Origin: Bacteroidia bacterium
Lineage (GTDB): Bacteria > Bacteroidota > Bacteroidia > UBA7662
Assembly: GCA_049431025.1 (NCBI GenBank)
Contig: JBMTCP010000011.1
Coordinates: 285-64,284 of the forward strand
Direction of reading: 5' to 3'
DNA: 64,000 bases
Made by a program: the position numbers and the translations under genes. This document shows, piece after piece, positions 21,132 to 32,603 of this stretch; the first letter of the stretch is position 1; every line of letters begins with the position of its first letter. Under the pieces are notes generated by a model. That model was not told where the DNA came from. It saw nothing but the letters and a program-made list of their open reading frames with translations, and ran no database searches.

Positions 21132-21704
21132 CTAACGGGATTTTTTGGGTTTGTTCGCCTTTTTCCCAGCCAAAATTTGCAATACATCCCCGTAGGTAGG
21201 CTGGTCGTAGACCGTTTCAAGGTAATGCCCACCTGCATCAAAAACATAGACCGAGGGTACATGCATATCCCCAAAAGCCGTATAGAACGCCCCTTCCCTG
21301 TCGGCTGCTAACCAAACATCGCGGCGTCCGTTCAACCCGTATTCCTGCATAAAGGCCCAGGCTTTATCCTCGTCAAAACGCGTTACCCATAGCCAGGCCA
21401 CCCTGTAGGGTTTGCCTCCCACTTTGTAGACCAATCGATCGGAACGCTTGCCCACCTCGTCCGCTAAGCTCTGGCAATGGGAACATTCAGGATTAAAATA
21501 AGATACCACCAAGGCCCTTCCTTTGAACTGATGGCGCGTGACCACTCCGCTTTGGCCGATTAAAGGGAATTCAAATACCGGGGTTTTCTTGAGTAGTTCC
21601 GGAGCTTCCTCTGTGGAATTCGAACCCAGTATCCATGCCATCAAAAGCACCAAAAAAAGGGACCCCAGGAGCAAGAACCCGCGCACGGCTCGGTTGATTT
21701 CCAT
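21132..21704 (-). CDS. TlpA-like thiol-disulfide oxidoreductase (thioredoxin fold), membrane-anchored
   Basis: An N-terminal TM helix and a CSHC (CxxC) motif within a redoxin-like domain. Confidence 0.7.
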   Translation of the reverse strand: MEINRAVRGFLLLGSLFLVLLMAWILGSNSTEEAPELLKKTPVFEFPLIGQSGVVTRHQFKGRALVVSYFNPECSHCQSLADEVGKRSDRLVYKVGGKPYRVAWLWVTRFDEDKAWAFMQEYGLNGRRDVWLAADREGAFYTAFGDMHVPSVYVFDAGGHYLETVYDQPTYGDVLQILAGKKANKPKKSR

Positions 21705-21751
21705 CTTGTGTTATAAGGATTAAGAGCGTTAAAACATCCCAAAATTACGGC

Positions 21752-23371
21752 GTGAAGGGCTATCTTTGGGTGCTTATGCCCCTGCCCAGGAGAACCTTTG
21801 CGATTGTATCCCACCCCGATGCCGGCAAGACCACGCTGACCGAAAAATTCCTCTTGTTTGGGGGGGCTATTCAAACCGCCGGTGCAGTCAAATCCAACAA
21901 GATTCGCAAAACGGCTACCTCGGATTTCATGGAAATCGAGAAACAGCGGGGAATTTCCGTATCCACCTCGGTCATGGGTTTTGAATACGGAGGATGCCGG
22001 GTCAATATCCTGGACACCCCCGGTCACAAAGACTTTGCCGAGGACACTTACAGAACCCTTACAGCGGTCGATTCCGTCATTTTGGTGGTGGACGCAGCCA
22101 AGGGAGTCGAAGAACAAACCGAAAACCTCATGCGCGTTTGCCGAATGCGTGCGACCCCGGTTTTGGTCTTGATCAACAAAATGGACCGTGAAGGGCAGGA
22201 CCCGTGGGATTTGTTGGACGAACTGGAAACGAAACTTGGCCTGCATCCTTGCCCGCTGAGCTGGCCCATAGGCCAAGGCGATCGTTTCAAAGGAGTGTAT
22301 AACCGAGATCAACAGGCACTGGATTTGTTCTCGGCGTCCAAAACCACCATAGCATCCGATATCAGGCGCTTTGAGCGTACCGATGACCCTGCCCTGGATG
22401 AACTCCTCGGTAACCTTGCTCCCAAATTGAGGGAAGACCTGGAACTTTTGGAGGTTTATGGAGCCTTTGACCGCAAAGCCTATTTGGCGGCAGAACAAGC
22501 CCCTGTCTTTTTTGGTAGTGCCTTGAACAACTTTGGAATCCGAGAACTCCTGGACACCTTTGTCAAGATTGCGCCGGAACCGGGACCCCGCCTGAGCCAA
22601 GCCGGCATCATTACGACCGACCACCCCAAATTGACCGGGTTTGTTTTTAAAATTCATGCGAATTTGGATCCCAATCACCGGGATCGCATCGCGTTTATGC
22701 GGATTTGCTCCGGAAAATTTGAACGTAACAAATTTTACCATCATGTCCGCTTATCCAAAAAGCTTCGCTTTGCTGCGCCCTTGTTGTTTCAGGCCAGTGA
22801 TCGGAATACGGTGGACGAGGCCTGGCCAGGCGATGTGGTCGGACTTTACGATACCGGTAATTTCAAAATTGGCGATAGCCTGACTGAGGGGGAACAAATT
22901 TATTTCAAAGGAATACCAGCCTTTTCGCCGGAACTTTTTCGTCGGGTCGAAAATCTGGACCCTTTCAAAGCCAAGCAGTTTGATAAAGGCCTGCGGCAAC
23001 TCACCGACGAAGGTGTAGCGCAACTCTTTGTCCAGCAGCCCGGTAATCGAAAAATTATAGGCACGGTGGGCGAATTGCAATTTGATGTTATTCAATTCCG
23101 CATGCTGCACGAATACGGTGCCAATGTTCGATACCAGGCCCTCCCCTACCTCAAGGCTTGTTGGATTCATTCTGCCGATGAAGACAAGGTGGATACTTTT
23201 TTTCAGTACCGTCGTGAACACCATGCCTACGACAAGGACGGGAATTCCGTTTACCTTGCCGATTCCGAATGGATGCTCCAGCGTTTGCAAGCCGAGAACC
23301 CCGATTTGGAATTCCGTTTCTCGGCAGAAATCATGGTTCAAGGCGGTAGTGATTCCGAGGATGAAGGCTAG
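21752..23371 (+). CDS. prfC: peptide chain release factor 3
   Basis: G-domain motifs [16 protein letters not shown] and DTPGH, NKMD, and RF3-family length. The start may be the internal M at about 21776. Confidence 0.9.
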   Translation: MKGYLWVLMPLPRRTFAIVSHPDAGKTTLTEKFLLFGGAIQTAGAVKSNKIRKTATSDFMEIEKQRGISVSTSVMGFEYGGCRVNILDTPGHKDFAEDTYRTLTAVDSVILVVDAAKGVEEQTENLMRVCRMRATPVLVLINKMDREGQDPWDLLDELETKLGLHPCPLSWPIGQGDRFKGVYNRDQQALDLFSASKTTIASDIRRFERTDDPALDELLGNLAPKLREDLELLEVYGAFDRKAYLAAEQAPVFFGSALNNFGIRELLDTFVKIAPEPGPRLSQAGIITTDHPKLTGFVFKIHANLDPNHRDRIAFMRICSGKFERNKFYHHVRLSKKLRFAAPLLFQASDRNTVDEAWPGDVVGLYDTGNFKIGDSLTEGEQIYFKGIPAFSPELFRRVENLDPFKAKQFDKGLRQLTDEGVAQLFVQQPGNRKIIGTVGELQFDVIQFRMLHEYGANVRYQALPYLKACWIHSADEDKVDTFFQYRREHHAYDKDGNSVYLADSEWMLQRLQAENPDLEFRFSAEIMVQGGSDSEDEG

Positions 23372-23394
23372 CAGCCTCCGCGTCATTTTTTCAT

Positions 23395-24270
23395 TTATCC
23401 GTTTCCCAAAAAAAGCCTCAATCGATTGGTCTGAGGCATGCTGCGCAGGTAGCGCAAAGCCCGTTCGCGTACCTGCCGAATTCGTTCACGGGTCAAACCA
23501 AAGCGTGCCGATAAATCATCGGGTTCCAGCACAGCTCGTCCACCCAATCCAAACGAAAAGCGTAGAATATCAGCATCCCTTGAGGTGAGCCCACTCAGAA
23601 GGGCCTCAATATCATGGTTCATCGATTCTCGCTCGAGTTCACAAACCGGGTGGTTGGACCAATTGGTGTCCTCCAAACGCTCCAACCATGGGGTTTCTTC
23701 TTCAAGAGAATGGGAGGGCCCATCCTGTAAAGTCGTTTTTTGGGCCCAGCCCAAATGCGCTTCTACGTCCTCCAGGCTTAGGTTCAACGAATCGGCTACC
23801 TCAACCGGATGCACCTCTCGTCCCCAATTCTGCTCCAGTTGAGTAGCCTTGCGCTTAATTTGACTAATGCGGTTCATTCGGCTGGTCGGAAGCCGAACCG
23901 TTCGGCCTTGATCGGCCAAGGTTTGAAGAATGGACTGACGAATCCACCAAACGGCGTAGGAAATAAACTTGAAACCCTTGGTTTCGTCGTAACGGTGGAC
24001 GGCCTTGATGAGGCCCAGGTTGCCTTCGTTAATGAGATCGTTAAGGCTTAGTCCATGGTTCTGGTACTGCTTGGCCACCGATACCACAAAGCGAAGGTTG
24101 GCGTTAACCAAGAGCTGAATCGCCTCGGCATCGCCATGGCGGGCCTTGAGGGCCATGACAGCTTCCTCCTCGGCACTGAGCCTGGGGAGTCTCCCGATTT
24201 CAAGAAGGTAACGCTCCAGCGAACGTTGATCGCGGGCCGTAATTTGTCGGGTGATTTTGAGTTGACGCAT
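23395..24270 (-). CDS. rpoD: RNA polymerase sigma factor SigA/RpoD (Bacteroidota short form)
   Basis: Sigma-70 regions 1.2-4 are present. MRQLKITRQITARDQRSLERYLLEIGR is the typical Bacteroidota sigma-A N-terminus, about 291 aa. Confidence 0.9.
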   Translation of the reverse strand: MRQLKITRQITARDQRSLERYLLEIGRLPRLSAEEEAVMALKARHGDAEAIQLLVNANLRFVVSVAKQYQNHGLSLNDLINEGNLGLIKAVHRYDETKGFKFISYAVWWIRQSILQTLADQGRTVRLPTSRMNRISQIKRKATQLEQNWGREVHPVEVADSLNLSLEDVEAHLGWAQKTTLQDGPSHSLEEETPWLERLEDTNWSNHPVCELERESMNHDIEALLSGLTSRDADILRFSFGLGGRAVLEPDDLSARFGLTRERIRQVRERALRYLRSMPQTNRLRLFLGNG

Positions 24271-24386
24271 CTTCGGCAATTTGAAACCGAAAATGTCATC
24301 AACCCCTATCCACAAAAATTACCTCCAATAACAACGAACGACGAATCCACGGCCGAGTACATCACCCCTGCCTGGCGTTCGGCGTA

Positions 24387-26639
24387 CTAACCTTCGGTAG
24401 AATCTTGACCCTGACCGGTGTCTCCACCTTCTGAGCGGGAATCACCCTCAGGGCGGGGACCACGTTCGGGGCGGGGACCGCGTTCGGGACGAGGTCCACG
24501 TTCGGGACGAGGTCCGCGTTCGGGCATTCCCTCCGGACGGGGTAGCAACGCCTTGGCGGACAAACGGAACTTACCGGTTTTGGGATCCACTTCCACCAAT
24601 TTGACTTGCAATTCCTGACCTTCGGTAAAGACGCCGTCCATGGTTTCGACGCGTTCCCAACGAATTTCAGAAATATGCAATAAACCATCCTTGCCGGGCA
24701 TGAATTCGACAAAAGCTCCAAATGGCATGATTGACTTCACCTTACCCGTATAGACCGCGCCCATTTCTGGCTTGGCAGCAATACCACGAATGCGGGCAAC
24801 AGCTTTGTCCATGCCGGTTTTGTCGGCGGTATAAATCTGCACAATGCCTTGTTCGCCTTTTTCTTCGATACTGATCGTTGAACCCGTCTCGCGCTGAATT
24901 TCTTGAATGATTTTGCCACCGGGCCCAATCACAGCTCCAATAAACTCACGGTCTATGACCAGTTGGGTAATCCGTGGAACATGCGGGCGGTAATCTTCGC
25001 GGGGTGCCGACAGGGCTTTGTTCATTTCGCCCAAAATATGGGCACGACCGGCCGATGCCTGGGCCAAGGCCTGCAACAAAACTTCGTAGGGCAGGCCATC
25101 TATTTTGATATCCATTTGACAGGCTGTGATCCCTTTGGAGGTACCGGTCAATTTGAAGTCCATATCCCCGAGGTGGTCCTCATCACCCAAGATATCCGAA
25201 AGAACCTTGAAGCGGTTACCATCGGTAATAAGACCCATGGCGATACCCGAAACCGGTCCTTTGATTTTGACACCCGCGTCCATCAGGGCCAAGGTGCCAG
25301 CACAAACCGTAGCCATGGACGACGAACCGTTGGATTCCAAGATATCGGATACAATGCGCATGGTGTATGGGCATTCCTCTTGGGGGGGCAAGACCTGCTT
25401 GAGGGCCCGCATCGCCAAATTTCCGTGACCCACTTCCCTACGGCCAGGACCTCGGTTAGGACGGGTTTCTCCGGTCGAAAAGGATGGGAAATTATAATGC
25501 AAAAGGAAATTGTTATAACCCGCAATGACCGCACCGTCAATCATTTGCTCATCCTCCTTGGAGCCCAGGGTGACCGATGTCAGGGATTGGGTTTCACCCC
25601 GGGTAAACAGCGCCGAACCGTGGGTTGCCGGCAAAAAACCAGCCTCGCACCAAATGGGCCTTACCTCATCCAAACGACGACCGTCGAGGCGACGTTCTTC
25701 GTCCAAAATCATGTTACGCATGGCGCTGTATTCGACATCATGAAAATACTTTTTCACTAAAAACTTGTCGATTTCGGCACCTTCACCACGGGACGCCACA
25801 AAATCCTCCAGTACCTTACGGAAGCCTGCAGAGCGCTCGTGTTTGGGAGCGCCGGATTTGGCGACTTCGTAAACTTTGTCGTAACAAAAGGCTTCGACCG
25901 CTTTGCGTAGTTCCTCGTCCGACCTTTCGTGGGAATACGACCTTGGGGTGGCCCCTACCATCGCGCGCAGTTCCAATTGCGCACGGCATTGGTCTTTGAT
26001 GGCGTTATGCGCCACCAAAATGGCTTGGGCTAAATCCTCTTCGGAACATTCCTGGGCCTCTCCTTCGACCATCATCACATTTTCCATGGTGGCGGCTACA
26101 ATTAAATCCATATCGGCCGACTCCAAAGCCGTCCGCGTGGGGTTAATTACGAATTCACCGGCGATCCGGGCCACCCTAACTTCGGAAATGGGTCCGTTGA
26201 AGGGGACATTGGAAACCGCCAAGGCAGCAGAGGCCGCCAATCCTGCCAAGGCATCCGGGAGGATTTCGGCATCGGAACTGAACAAGGTGACCTGAACCTG
26301 GGTATCCGCATGATAATCTTCAGGGAACAAAGGACGAAGGGCGCGGTCAATCAAACGGCTAATCAAAATTTCGTAATCGGATAAGCGGCCTTCGCGACGC
26401 TGAAATGAGCCCGGGATTTTCCCCGTGGATGCAAATTTCTCTTGGTAATCAACGGTCAGGGGCATAAAGTCAACATCCTCCTTGGCTTCTTTGGCCGATA
26501 CGACGGTCGCCAACAAACGGGTATCGCCCATGCTAAGCAGGACTGCGCCATCGGCTTGACGGGCCATAAGGCCGGTTTCGAGGGTGATAACCCGACCATC
26601 GGGTAACTGTACGGATTGTATTTTGGATTGTGGTTTCAT
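24387..26639 (-). CDS. pnp: polyribonucleotide nucleotidyltransferase (PNPase) with repetitive C-terminal extension
   Basis: Two RNase PH domains, KH, and S1 ([15 protein letters not shown]). Beyond S1 there is an additional R/E/P-rich tail containing (PERGPR) x4. Confidence 0.95.
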   Translation of the reverse strand: MKPQSKIQSVQLPDGRVITLETGLMARQADGAVLLSMGDTRLLATVVSAKEAKEDVDFMPLTVDYQEKFASTGKIPGSFQRREGRLSDYEILISRLIDRALRPLFPEDYHADTQVQVTLFSSDAEILPDALAGLAASAALAVSNVPFNGPISEVRVARIAGEFVINPTRTALESADMDLIVAATMENVMMVEGEAQECSEEDLAQAILVAHNAIKDQCRAQLELRAMVGATPRSYSHERSDEELRKAVEAFCYDKVYEVAKSGAPKHERSAGFRKVLEDFVASRGEGAEIDKFLVKKYFHDVEYSAMRNMILDEERRLDGRRLDEVRPIWCEAGFLPATHGSALFTRGETQSLTSVTLGSKEDEQMIDGAVIAGYNNFLLHYNFPSFSTGETRPNRGPGRREVGHGNLAMRALKQVLPPQEECPYTMRIVSDILESNGSSSMATVCAGTLALMDAGVKIKGPVSGIAMGLITDGNRFKVLSDILGDEDHLGDMDFKLTGTSKGITACQMDIKIDGLPYEVLLQALAQASAGRAHILGEMNKALSAPREDYRPHVPRITQLVIDREFIGAVIGPGGKIIQEIQRETGSTISIEEKGEQGIVQIYTADKTGMDKAVARIRGIAAKPEMGAVYTGKVKSIMPFGAFVEFMPGKDGLLHISEIRWERVETMDGVFTEGQELQVKLVEVDPKTGKFRLSAKALLPRPEGMPERGPRPERGPRPERGPRPERGPRPEGDSRSEGGDTGQGQDSTEG
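24453..24524. repeat. 18-bp x4 tandem repeat inside the pnp 3' end
   Basis: gcggggaccacgttcggg / gcggggaccgcgttcggg / acgaggtccacgttcggg / acgaggtccgcgttcggg; on the minus strand this encodes PERGPR repeats. Confidence 0.8.
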
Positions 26640-26755
26640 AGCGTTTGAGGATGGGGTTTAAAAAGGAGCTGTAGGGCTATGGGCCCTCACCCCTGTTGGG
26701 TAAAAAAATGGGGAGGCCTGCAGGTGGTCCGGGTATTTACCCCGGTAGCGTGAAC

Positions 26756-26783
26756 GCAAAAAGGCGGCTCCTAAGGAACCGCC
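26756..26783 (-). terminator. rho-independent terminator downstream of rpsO
   Basis: On the minus strand, GGCGGTTCCTTAGGAGCCGCC followed by TTTTT, immediately 3' of the rpsO stop. Confidence 0.55.
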
Positions 26784-26790
26784 TTTGAAA

Positions 26791-27060
26791 TTACCTGCGG
26801 AGGTTGAGCTTCTCGATCACCGCCCTATACCGGGCAATGTCGATTTGCTTCAAATAATTCAATAAGTCCCTGCGCTTTCCAACCATTTTGACAAGGGAAA
26901 GCTGGGTAGAATAATCTTTTTTGTTCTTCTTGAGGTGCTCGGTAAGGTGAGCGATACGAAAGGAAAACTGGGCGATTTGGCTTTCTGCCGTGCCTGAATC
27001 CTGGGCATTTTGACCGAATTGGGTATAGAGTTCGGATCTTTTGGCTTTGTCTAAGTACAT
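26791..27060 (-). CDS. rpsO: 30S ribosomal protein S15
   Basis: An 89-aa protein with the canonical S15 sequence (GKRRDLLNYL...). Confidence 0.95.
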   Translation of the reverse strand: MYLDKAKRSELYTQFGQNAQDSGTAESQIAQFSFRIAHLTEHLKKNKKDYSTQLSLVKMVGKRRDLLNYLKQIDIARYRAVIEKLNLRR

Positions 27061-27117
27061 TTTCCGCTGATTTGGGGCCGCTGTTGGTTTTAAAATTTAG
27101 AAGTGCAAAGATACGAA

Positions 27118-27963
27118 TCAAGGCCGTAAATGCGACAAAAGCTTCGCTAAGGTTTCACGGAGCCTGTGCCTGGGAACGATTAAATCCAAAAATCCACTTT
27201 CGAGCACCGATTCAGCGCTTTGAAAACCGGGTGGTAAGTCCTTTTTGATCGTTTCACGGATAACTCTTGGTCCGGCAAAACCTATTAAAGCACCCGGTTC
27301 AGCCAGGTTCAAATCCCCCAACATAGCAAAGGATGCCGTGACCCCACCTGTGGTTGGATCGGTCATCAAAGAGATGTACGGAACCCCTTCCCGGTCCGCT
27401 AACGATAGTTTGGCCGAGGTTTTGGCCATTTGCATTAAGGAAAAAGCGGCCTCCATCATTCGGGCACCCCCGGAGCGAGAAATAACCAACACAGGACAGC
27501 GGAGCGACCTGGCCTTATCCACCGCCCGGGCTATTTTTTCACCCATAACGGTCCCCATCGAGCCTCCGATAAAATCAAAATCCATGCAGGCGACAACCAA
27601 AGGAAAACCATCCAGGTTCCCCACCGCTGAACGCAAGGCATCACGAAGACCGGTTTTGGAACGGGCATCCTTGAGTCTATCGTCGTAATCCTTGGTATCC
27701 TTGAAGTTAAGCGGATTCAGTGAAATCAAATTTGCATCCAATTCCTCGTAGTGGCCCTCGTCAAAAATCAGATTAAAATACCCCTCGGATCCCAGGCGAT
27801 GATGGTAATCGCACTTGGGGCAAACCGAAAGATTATCCTGCAAATCCTTGGTCAGAACCGAGGATTTACACGATGGGCATTTGAACCAAATCCCATCAGG
27901 TACCTCTCGTTTTTCGTCGGTGGTGGTGGTCACCCCGGCGGTGGATCTTTTGAACCAAGCCAT
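27118..27963 (-). CDS. accD: acetyl-CoA carboxylase carboxyltransferase subunit beta
   Basis: N-terminal Zn ribbon (CPSCKS...CPKCDYH) and a carboxyltransferase domain. Confidence 0.9.
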   Translation of the reverse strand: MAWFKRSTAGVTTTTDEKREVPDGIWFKCPSCKSSVLTKDLQDNLSVCPKCDYHHRLGSEGYFNLIFDEGHYEELDANLISLNPLNFKDTKDYDDRLKDARSKTGLRDALRSAVGNLDGFPLVVACMDFDFIGGSMGTVMGEKIARAVDKARSLRCPVLVISRSGGARMMEAAFSLMQMAKTSAKLSLADREGVPYISLMTDPTTGGVTASFAMLGDLNLAEPGALIGFAGPRVIRETIKKDLPPGFQSAESVLESGFLDLIVPRHRLRETLAKLLSHLRP

Positions 27964-27965
27964 CC

Positions 27966-29018
27966 TTAGGCAATCGTAACCGTGGGATCCAAATAAACAT
28001 CCTGAACCTTGTTCAACAAGGCAATTCCCTCCGCCATAGGTCTTTGAAAGGCCTTGCGGCCCAAAATCAACCCGGAACCCCCAGCCCTTTTGTTAATAAC
28101 GGCCGTAGCAACAGCTTCACTCAAATCGTCAGCACCTTTGGATTCACCCCCGGAATTAATTAAGCCGGCCCGCCCCATATAGCCATTAGCTACTTGATAA
28201 CGGCAGAGGTCGATAGGGTGATCGGTGGTGAGTTGGCTATAAACCAAGGGATGGGTCTTGCCGTGCTTGGTTGCGAGATAGCCCCCGTTGTTGGTTGGTA
28301 ATTTCTGTTTGATGATGTCCGCCTGGATGGTAACCCCCAAATGATTGGCCTGGGAGCTCAAATCCGTGGAGGTATGGTAATCCACCCCGTCCACTTTGAA
28401 GCCGGTATTGCGGAGGTAACACCACAAAATGGTCGCCATGCCCAAGGCGTGCGCCTCTTCGAAGGCTTCGGCAATTTCCACCAGTTGACGTCGGCTGCCT
28501 TCAGAACCAAAATAGACCGTAGCACCAACCGCCACCGCCCCCATCTCCCAGGCTTCCCGAACCGAACCAAACATGATTTGATCGTAATCGTTAGGGTACG
28601 AAAGGAATTCGTTGTGATTGATTTTGACAATGAAAGGGATTTTGTGGGCATATCGACGCGCCACCGAGCCCAGCACCCCGTAGGTGGAGGCTACGGCATT
28701 GCATCCCGATTCGATCGCCAAGCGAACGATATTTTCGGAATCGAAGTACAAAGGATTCGGAGCAAATGAGGCTCCTGCCGAATGTTCAATGCCTTGGTCA
28801 ACAGGCAATATTGATAAGTAGCCGCTACCGCCCAAGCGTCCATGTGTGTACAAAGTCTGAAGGCTACGAAGAACCTGAATGGAACGATTGGATGCGGACC
28901 AGACCCTATCCACAAAATCCGGACCAGGCAGATGTAAATCCTTGGCAGCTATGGTTTTGGATTGGTGGTTCAACAGGTACTCTGCCTGGGAACCTAGAAT
29001 TTGAGCGGTTTGTGACAT
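27966..29018 (-). CDS. class I fructose-bisphosphate aldolase (DhnA/FbaB type)
   Basis: DhnA-family TIM-barrel aldolase with a Schiff-base Lys region ([11 protein letters not shown]). The start is taken at the internal ATG, giving about 350 aa; the longest ORF has an implausible 67-aa leader. Confidence 0.7.
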   Translation of the reverse strand: MSQTAQILGSQAEYLLNHQSKTIAAKDLHLPGPDFVDRVWSASNRSIQVLRSLQTLYTHGRLGGSGYLSILPVDQGIEHSAGASFAPNPLYFDSENIVRLAIESGCNAVASTYGVLGSVARRYAHKIPFIVKINHNEFLSYPNDYDQIMFGSVREAWEMGAVAVGATVYFGSEGSRRQLVEIAEAFEEAHALGMATILWCYLRNTGFKVDGVDYHTSTDLSSQANHLGVTIQADIIKQKLPTNNGGYLATKHGKTHPLVYSQLTTDHPIDLCRYQVANGYMGRAGLINSGGESKGADDLSEAVATAVINKRAGGSGLILGRKAFQRPMAEGIALLNKVQDVYLDPTVTIA

Positions 29019-29083
29019 GGAAGAAGGATGTTGAACGGCGAAGATAAGACCAAGTCGTTGGCAAGGGGACCTAAATTTGAGGT

Positions 29084-29542
29084 ATGTCCAAGGCGCCAAT
29101 TCCTCTTCCTGTTCAGCACGATGCCCTTTTAAAAGAAGTTTTTGGTTTGCGAACCCGGGTTTTTGTGGATGAACAAGCCGTGGATGCTGCATTGGAATTT
29201 GATGAATTCGAAGAGACATCGCAGCATTGGGCGTCCGTTTTGGATGGTCGCGTTTATGCTTGTGCCCGTTACCGAAGAACTCCCAAAGGTTACAAAATCG
29301 AAAGGATGGCTGTTGATTCCAGGTTCCGGAATCAGGGGATTGGTCGGAATCTTTTGAAAAGAATTTTGACCGAAATTCGACCGTTAGCTCTCGCTGAAAA
29401 CTGCCCCATTTATTTGCATGCCCAGGTTCAAGCCTTACCCTTCTACACCAACCTGGGGTTTGTCGCCGAAGGGGATGAATTTGATGAAGCCGGGATCGCC
29501 CATTATCGTTGTCGGTACTCAGATCCGTTAGCTAACGCTTAG
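29084..29542 (+). CDS. GNAT family N-acetyltransferase
   Basis: Has the acetyl-CoA-binding motif ([14 protein letters not shown]), about 152 aa. Confidence 0.8.
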   Translation: MSKAPIPLPVQHDALLKEVFGLRTRVFVDEQAVDAALEFDEFEETSQHWASVLDGRVYACARYRRTPKGYKIERMAVDSRFRNQGIGRNLLKRILTEIRPLALAENCPIYLHAQVQALPFYTNLGFVAEGDEFDEAGIAHYRCRYSDPLANA

Positions 29543-29577
29543 GCACGGCTGTAACGCACGCGCGTTCCCAATTTGCC

Positions 29578-31803
29578 GTGACCATGCGGCAAAAAAACAC
29601 CTACATCGCTGAACGAACGGCCCGATTAGGCTTATCCTTGTTGGTTGGCGTTGTATTGGGCGCAGGGGTACCTCGCATGGAATGGGCGAGTTTCGCCATA
29701 GGGTCCCAACTATTGGCCTGGGTTTTTTCGTTGTTACTCCCCAAAATCCCCATGGGGTGGGCCTATTCCTTGCGCAATCTGGTGGGCTGGTTGGCCTGGT
29801 GGGGCTGGGTTGGCTTGCTTGCAGGGCAGCAAGTCCCTATGGTGCCCAAGGCACACAACTCGGCTCCATCCACATCCTCTGGCAGCTGCCTTCAAGGGGG
29901 CTTGGTACTGGCTCGCATCTATCGTCGGGAATCGGCTTACCGCTACCGGGTTCAAATTGAATACGATCTGGAGATGGGTCCTGAGAGGGCCACCGTGCAC
30001 TTGGAACCGGTTCGACACGGAGCGATCTTGGTTTTTTCAAAAAACGATTCCAACCTTGTACGGGATTTTCTACCCAAAGTCGGGGATTTTTGGCTGATTG
30101 AACAGAGCAGGGTCGGAACCGTGCCCGGTCCGCGTTTTTTCGGAGATCCTGATTTGCGCTCGTACTACCGAAGTCAAGGGATAGAACGTCAAATCACGTT
30201 GGGATCGCAATCTTGGGGGCAACCCTGGAAATGCCCAACAGAAGGCTTACCCGCACACCCCAGAGACCCTTGGGACCGAATGGCCTTGTTTTTTGCGAAA
30301 GCCCAGGAAAATCTGGCCTTGAGCATGGATGCCAAAATTCGTGATCCTGTAGGAAGGGGATTAGCCCAAGCCTTGCTTTTGGGGTGGAAGGCCGGTTTGG
30401 ACCCGACCACCAAAACGGCCTTTCAGCAATCAGGGACGATCCATCTCTTGGCGGTATCGGGCATGCATGTTCTGTTTATTCATGGATGGGTTCTCCTGGT
30501 CCTGGGTTGGTTATACAGACGGATAAGCCTGCAGCGTAAGGTTTCCATGCCCCCACCGCTGTTCAGGTTTTTGGGGACCTCCTTACCGGTTTTGATGTAC
30601 TGTTGGTTGACCGGCGGTGCCAGTTCGGCATGGAGAGCTGGCTTGGTCTTGGTCTGGATGGAGGGTAACCGTGCCAAGGCCGGCAGTCACCACGGGGGAT
30701 TGGCCTTGTTTCAAGCCGCTGCTTGTATGTTAGCCTTGGATGCCGATGCCTGGTTAGACCCCGGGTTTGTTTTGAGTTTTGGAGCGGTGGTGGGTTTGCA
30801 ATGGCTTTACCAACCCCTTGCCAAGCGGCTGTTCCCCTCGGATACCAAAACCTTGGTGGTTAAAGTTATTTTGAATGGATTATTAACCATTTGTGCACAG
30901 GTTGTTACTTCTCCCATAACGCTGTATTACTTTAAGCAATTTCCCGCCTACTTTCTACCCGCCAACCTGCTGGTCGTTCCCTTATCGGGCCCATTGCTTC
31001 TTTTTGCCTTGGGATGGTCCTTGACCGGTAACCTTCCGTATGGGGGCTCTTTGATGAACGGACTAGGAAGGTTGCTGTTTGGTTTTACCCACTCGGTAAC
31101 GAACTTTTGGGGAGGCCTGCCCGGCGCCGTTTGGCAGCTTCCGGATTTTGATGGAAACGACTCGGCATGGATGGGTGGTTTAATTCTACTCTTCATGGTT
31201 GGCCTTCAGGTTCAAACAAAAAACCTAATCCGTTGGCTAAGTCATGCTGCCCTAATCGTGGTCTTGAGTTGGCAAGTTTCCTGCCAATACCGGCAGTGGA
31301 CCAGGGAGGCCCGTATGGTTTGGACCTATCAACCCATGGGTGCAGCCTGGGGCCTTTGGAGCAGGCAAGGCCAAGGGGTCACGGCTTGGATCAACGCCGA
31401 TAGCGATCAAAAACAGAGTTACTTGCGCAGGATTGGGCCCTACGGCATTAACCGACTCTGGGCGAATTCCTCGTTGGAAGGAAGTGGACTACGTTCTTGG
31501 AAGAACCCGCCTTCGTTGGTTGTTCAATTGGGTAGCCTGGAACCCTTCTTGTGGGTCAACCCCAAGGAAGAATCGTTGCATCAAACCCTCTTGGTTCAAG
31601 GCAAAGTGCACGTCAACCTTTTGCAAAAAGTTGACCTCCTAATCCTTCATCAAGGCGCCCGGGCTAATTGGACTCCAAAAACGCAACCAGGCTGCCTCGT
31701 ATTAAGCGGCTATTCCAACAGGAGTGACTTCGCCGAGACCTTAAAGAGATGCCACCAAGAAGGTATTCCTTCGTATGATTTGCGCCTACACCCCCCACCT
31801 TAG
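29578..31803 (+). CDS. ComEC/Rec2 family DNA internalization-related competence protein
   Basis: An N-terminal DUF4131-like TM region plus a competence-domain core (GTIHLLAVSGMHVLFIHGW). I could not see a C-terminal HxHxDH metallo-beta-lactamase motif. Confidence 0.7.
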   Translation: MTMRQKNTYIAERTARLGLSLLVGVVLGAGVPRMEWASFAIGSQLLAWVFSLLLPKIPMGWAYSLRNLVGWLAWWGWVGLLAGQQVPMVPKAHNSAPSTSSGSCLQGGLVLARIYRRESAYRYRVQIEYDLEMGPERATVHLEPVRHGAILVFSKNDSNLVRDFLPKVGDFWLIEQSRVGTVPGPRFFGDPDLRSYYRSQGIERQITLGSQSWGQPWKCPTEGLPAHPRDPWDRMALFFAKAQENLALSMDAKIRDPVGRGLAQALLLGWKAGLDPTTKTAFQQSGTIHLLAVSGMHVLFIHGWVLLVLGWLYRRISLQRKVSMPPPLFRFLGTSLPVLMYCWLTGGASSAWRAGLVLVWMEGNRAKAGSHHGGLALFQAAACMLALDADAWLDPGFVLSFGAVVGLQWLYQPLAKRLFPSDTKTLVVKVILNGLLTICAQVVTSPITLYYFKQFPAYFLPANLLVVPLSGPLLLFALGWSLTGNLPYGGSLMNGLGRLLFGFTHSVTNFWGGLPGAVWQLPDFDGNDSAWMGGLILLFMVGLQVQTKNLIRWLSHAALIVVLSWQVSCQYRQWTREARMVWTYQPMGAAWGLWSRQGQGVTAWINADSDQKQSYLRRIGPYGINRLWANSSLEGSGLRSWKNPPSLVVQLGSLEPFLWVNPKEESLHQTLLVQGKVHVNLLQKVDLLILHQGARANWTPKTQPGCLVLSGYSNRSDFAETLKRCHQEGIPSYDLRLHPPP

Positions 31804-31818
31804 CCTAGATTTGCCTTC

Positions 31819-32586
31819 ATGATTGATTTCTCTATCAGAGACCGCGTTGCCTTCATCACCTTGAACCGCCCGGACAAGAAAAACGCTTTAAATCCAGCGA
31901 TGGTTCAGGCCCTTAACCAAGCGGTTGAGACCGCCATGCAAGACGAAACCGTACGTGCACTGGTCTTGAAAGCGAACGGCAATGTTTTTAGCGCAGGAGC
32001 GGATTTGGAATCCCTTCAGGCCATGCAGACGTGGAGCGAGGATGAACAAAGGCAAGACTCACAACGCCTAGCCCAACTTTACCACCGTTTGTACAGTGGC
32101 CCCAAACCGGTCATTGCCCAAGTTCAAGGCCATGCACTGGCCGGGGGTTGCGGCTTGATTTCGGTTTGCGATTGGGTATTTACCGTACCGGAGGCCCAAT
32201 TCGCCTATACCGAAGCGGCCATCGGTTTTGTACCCGCCATGGTTTCGGTTTACCTCTGCCGAAAAATTGGCGAAGGGCATGCCCGCCCCCTATTGCTCAA
32301 TGCAGCCCGCATCACAGCAAAACAAGCTATGGAATTTGGTTTGGTGTTTCGGGTCGTGGAGCACAACGATCTGGAAGAAACGGTGAGCGAATTTGTTCAA
32401 AAATTGATTGAATTGAATTCAGGTAACTCCTTGGAATTAACAAAGAAACTTCTTGCAAAAAATGCTGGTTTGTCCGTCGAGGCGGCATTACAAAATGCCA
32501 TCGATATCAACGTGGAAGCCCGCCAAAGCGAGCCTTGTCGAAACGGGGTGAAGGCCTTTTTGAGCAAAGAAACCTTGCGCTGGTAA
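31819..32586 (+). CDS. enoyl-CoA hydratase/isomerase family protein
   Basis: Crotonase fold, with VAFITLNRPDKKNAL and the oxyanion-hole motif ALAGGCGL. Confidence 0.8.
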   Translation: MIDFSIRDRVAFITLNRPDKKNALNPAMVQALNQAVETAMQDETVRALVLKANGNVFSAGADLESLQAMQTWSEDEQRQDSQRLAQLYHRLYSGPKPVIAQVQGHALAGGCGLISVCDWVFTVPEAQFAYTEAAIGFVPAMVSVYLCRKIGEGHARPLLLNAARITAKQAMEFGLVFRVVEHNDLEETVSEFVQKLIELNSGNSLELTKKLLAKNAGLSVEAALQNAIDINVEARQSEPCRNGVKAFLSKETLRW

Positions 32587-32603
32587 CCCCTATCTTTGCG
32601 GGC

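Noticed and set aside
21641-22744. 367-aa minus-strand ORF
   Set aside because: It lies entirely antisense to the well-supported prfC gene, has low-complexity composition, and no recognisable domain. It is a GC-rich antisense artefact.
24362-24721. 119-aa minus-strand ORF with [14 protein letters not shown] repeats
   Set aside because: It is the alternative frame of the pnp 18-bp tandem repeat region. Its repeats are a by-product of the same DNA repeat, and it does not look like an independent gene.
24903-25760. 285-aa plus-strand ORF
   Set aside because: Antisense to the central part of pnp; no motifs; spurious.
26639-26791. Structured 150-bp pnp leader as a possible riboswitch or novel ncRNA
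   Set aside because: The rpsO-pnp intergenic region is a known site of the rpsO terminator and the autoregulatory pnp leader hairpins. Nothing here goes beyond that expectation.
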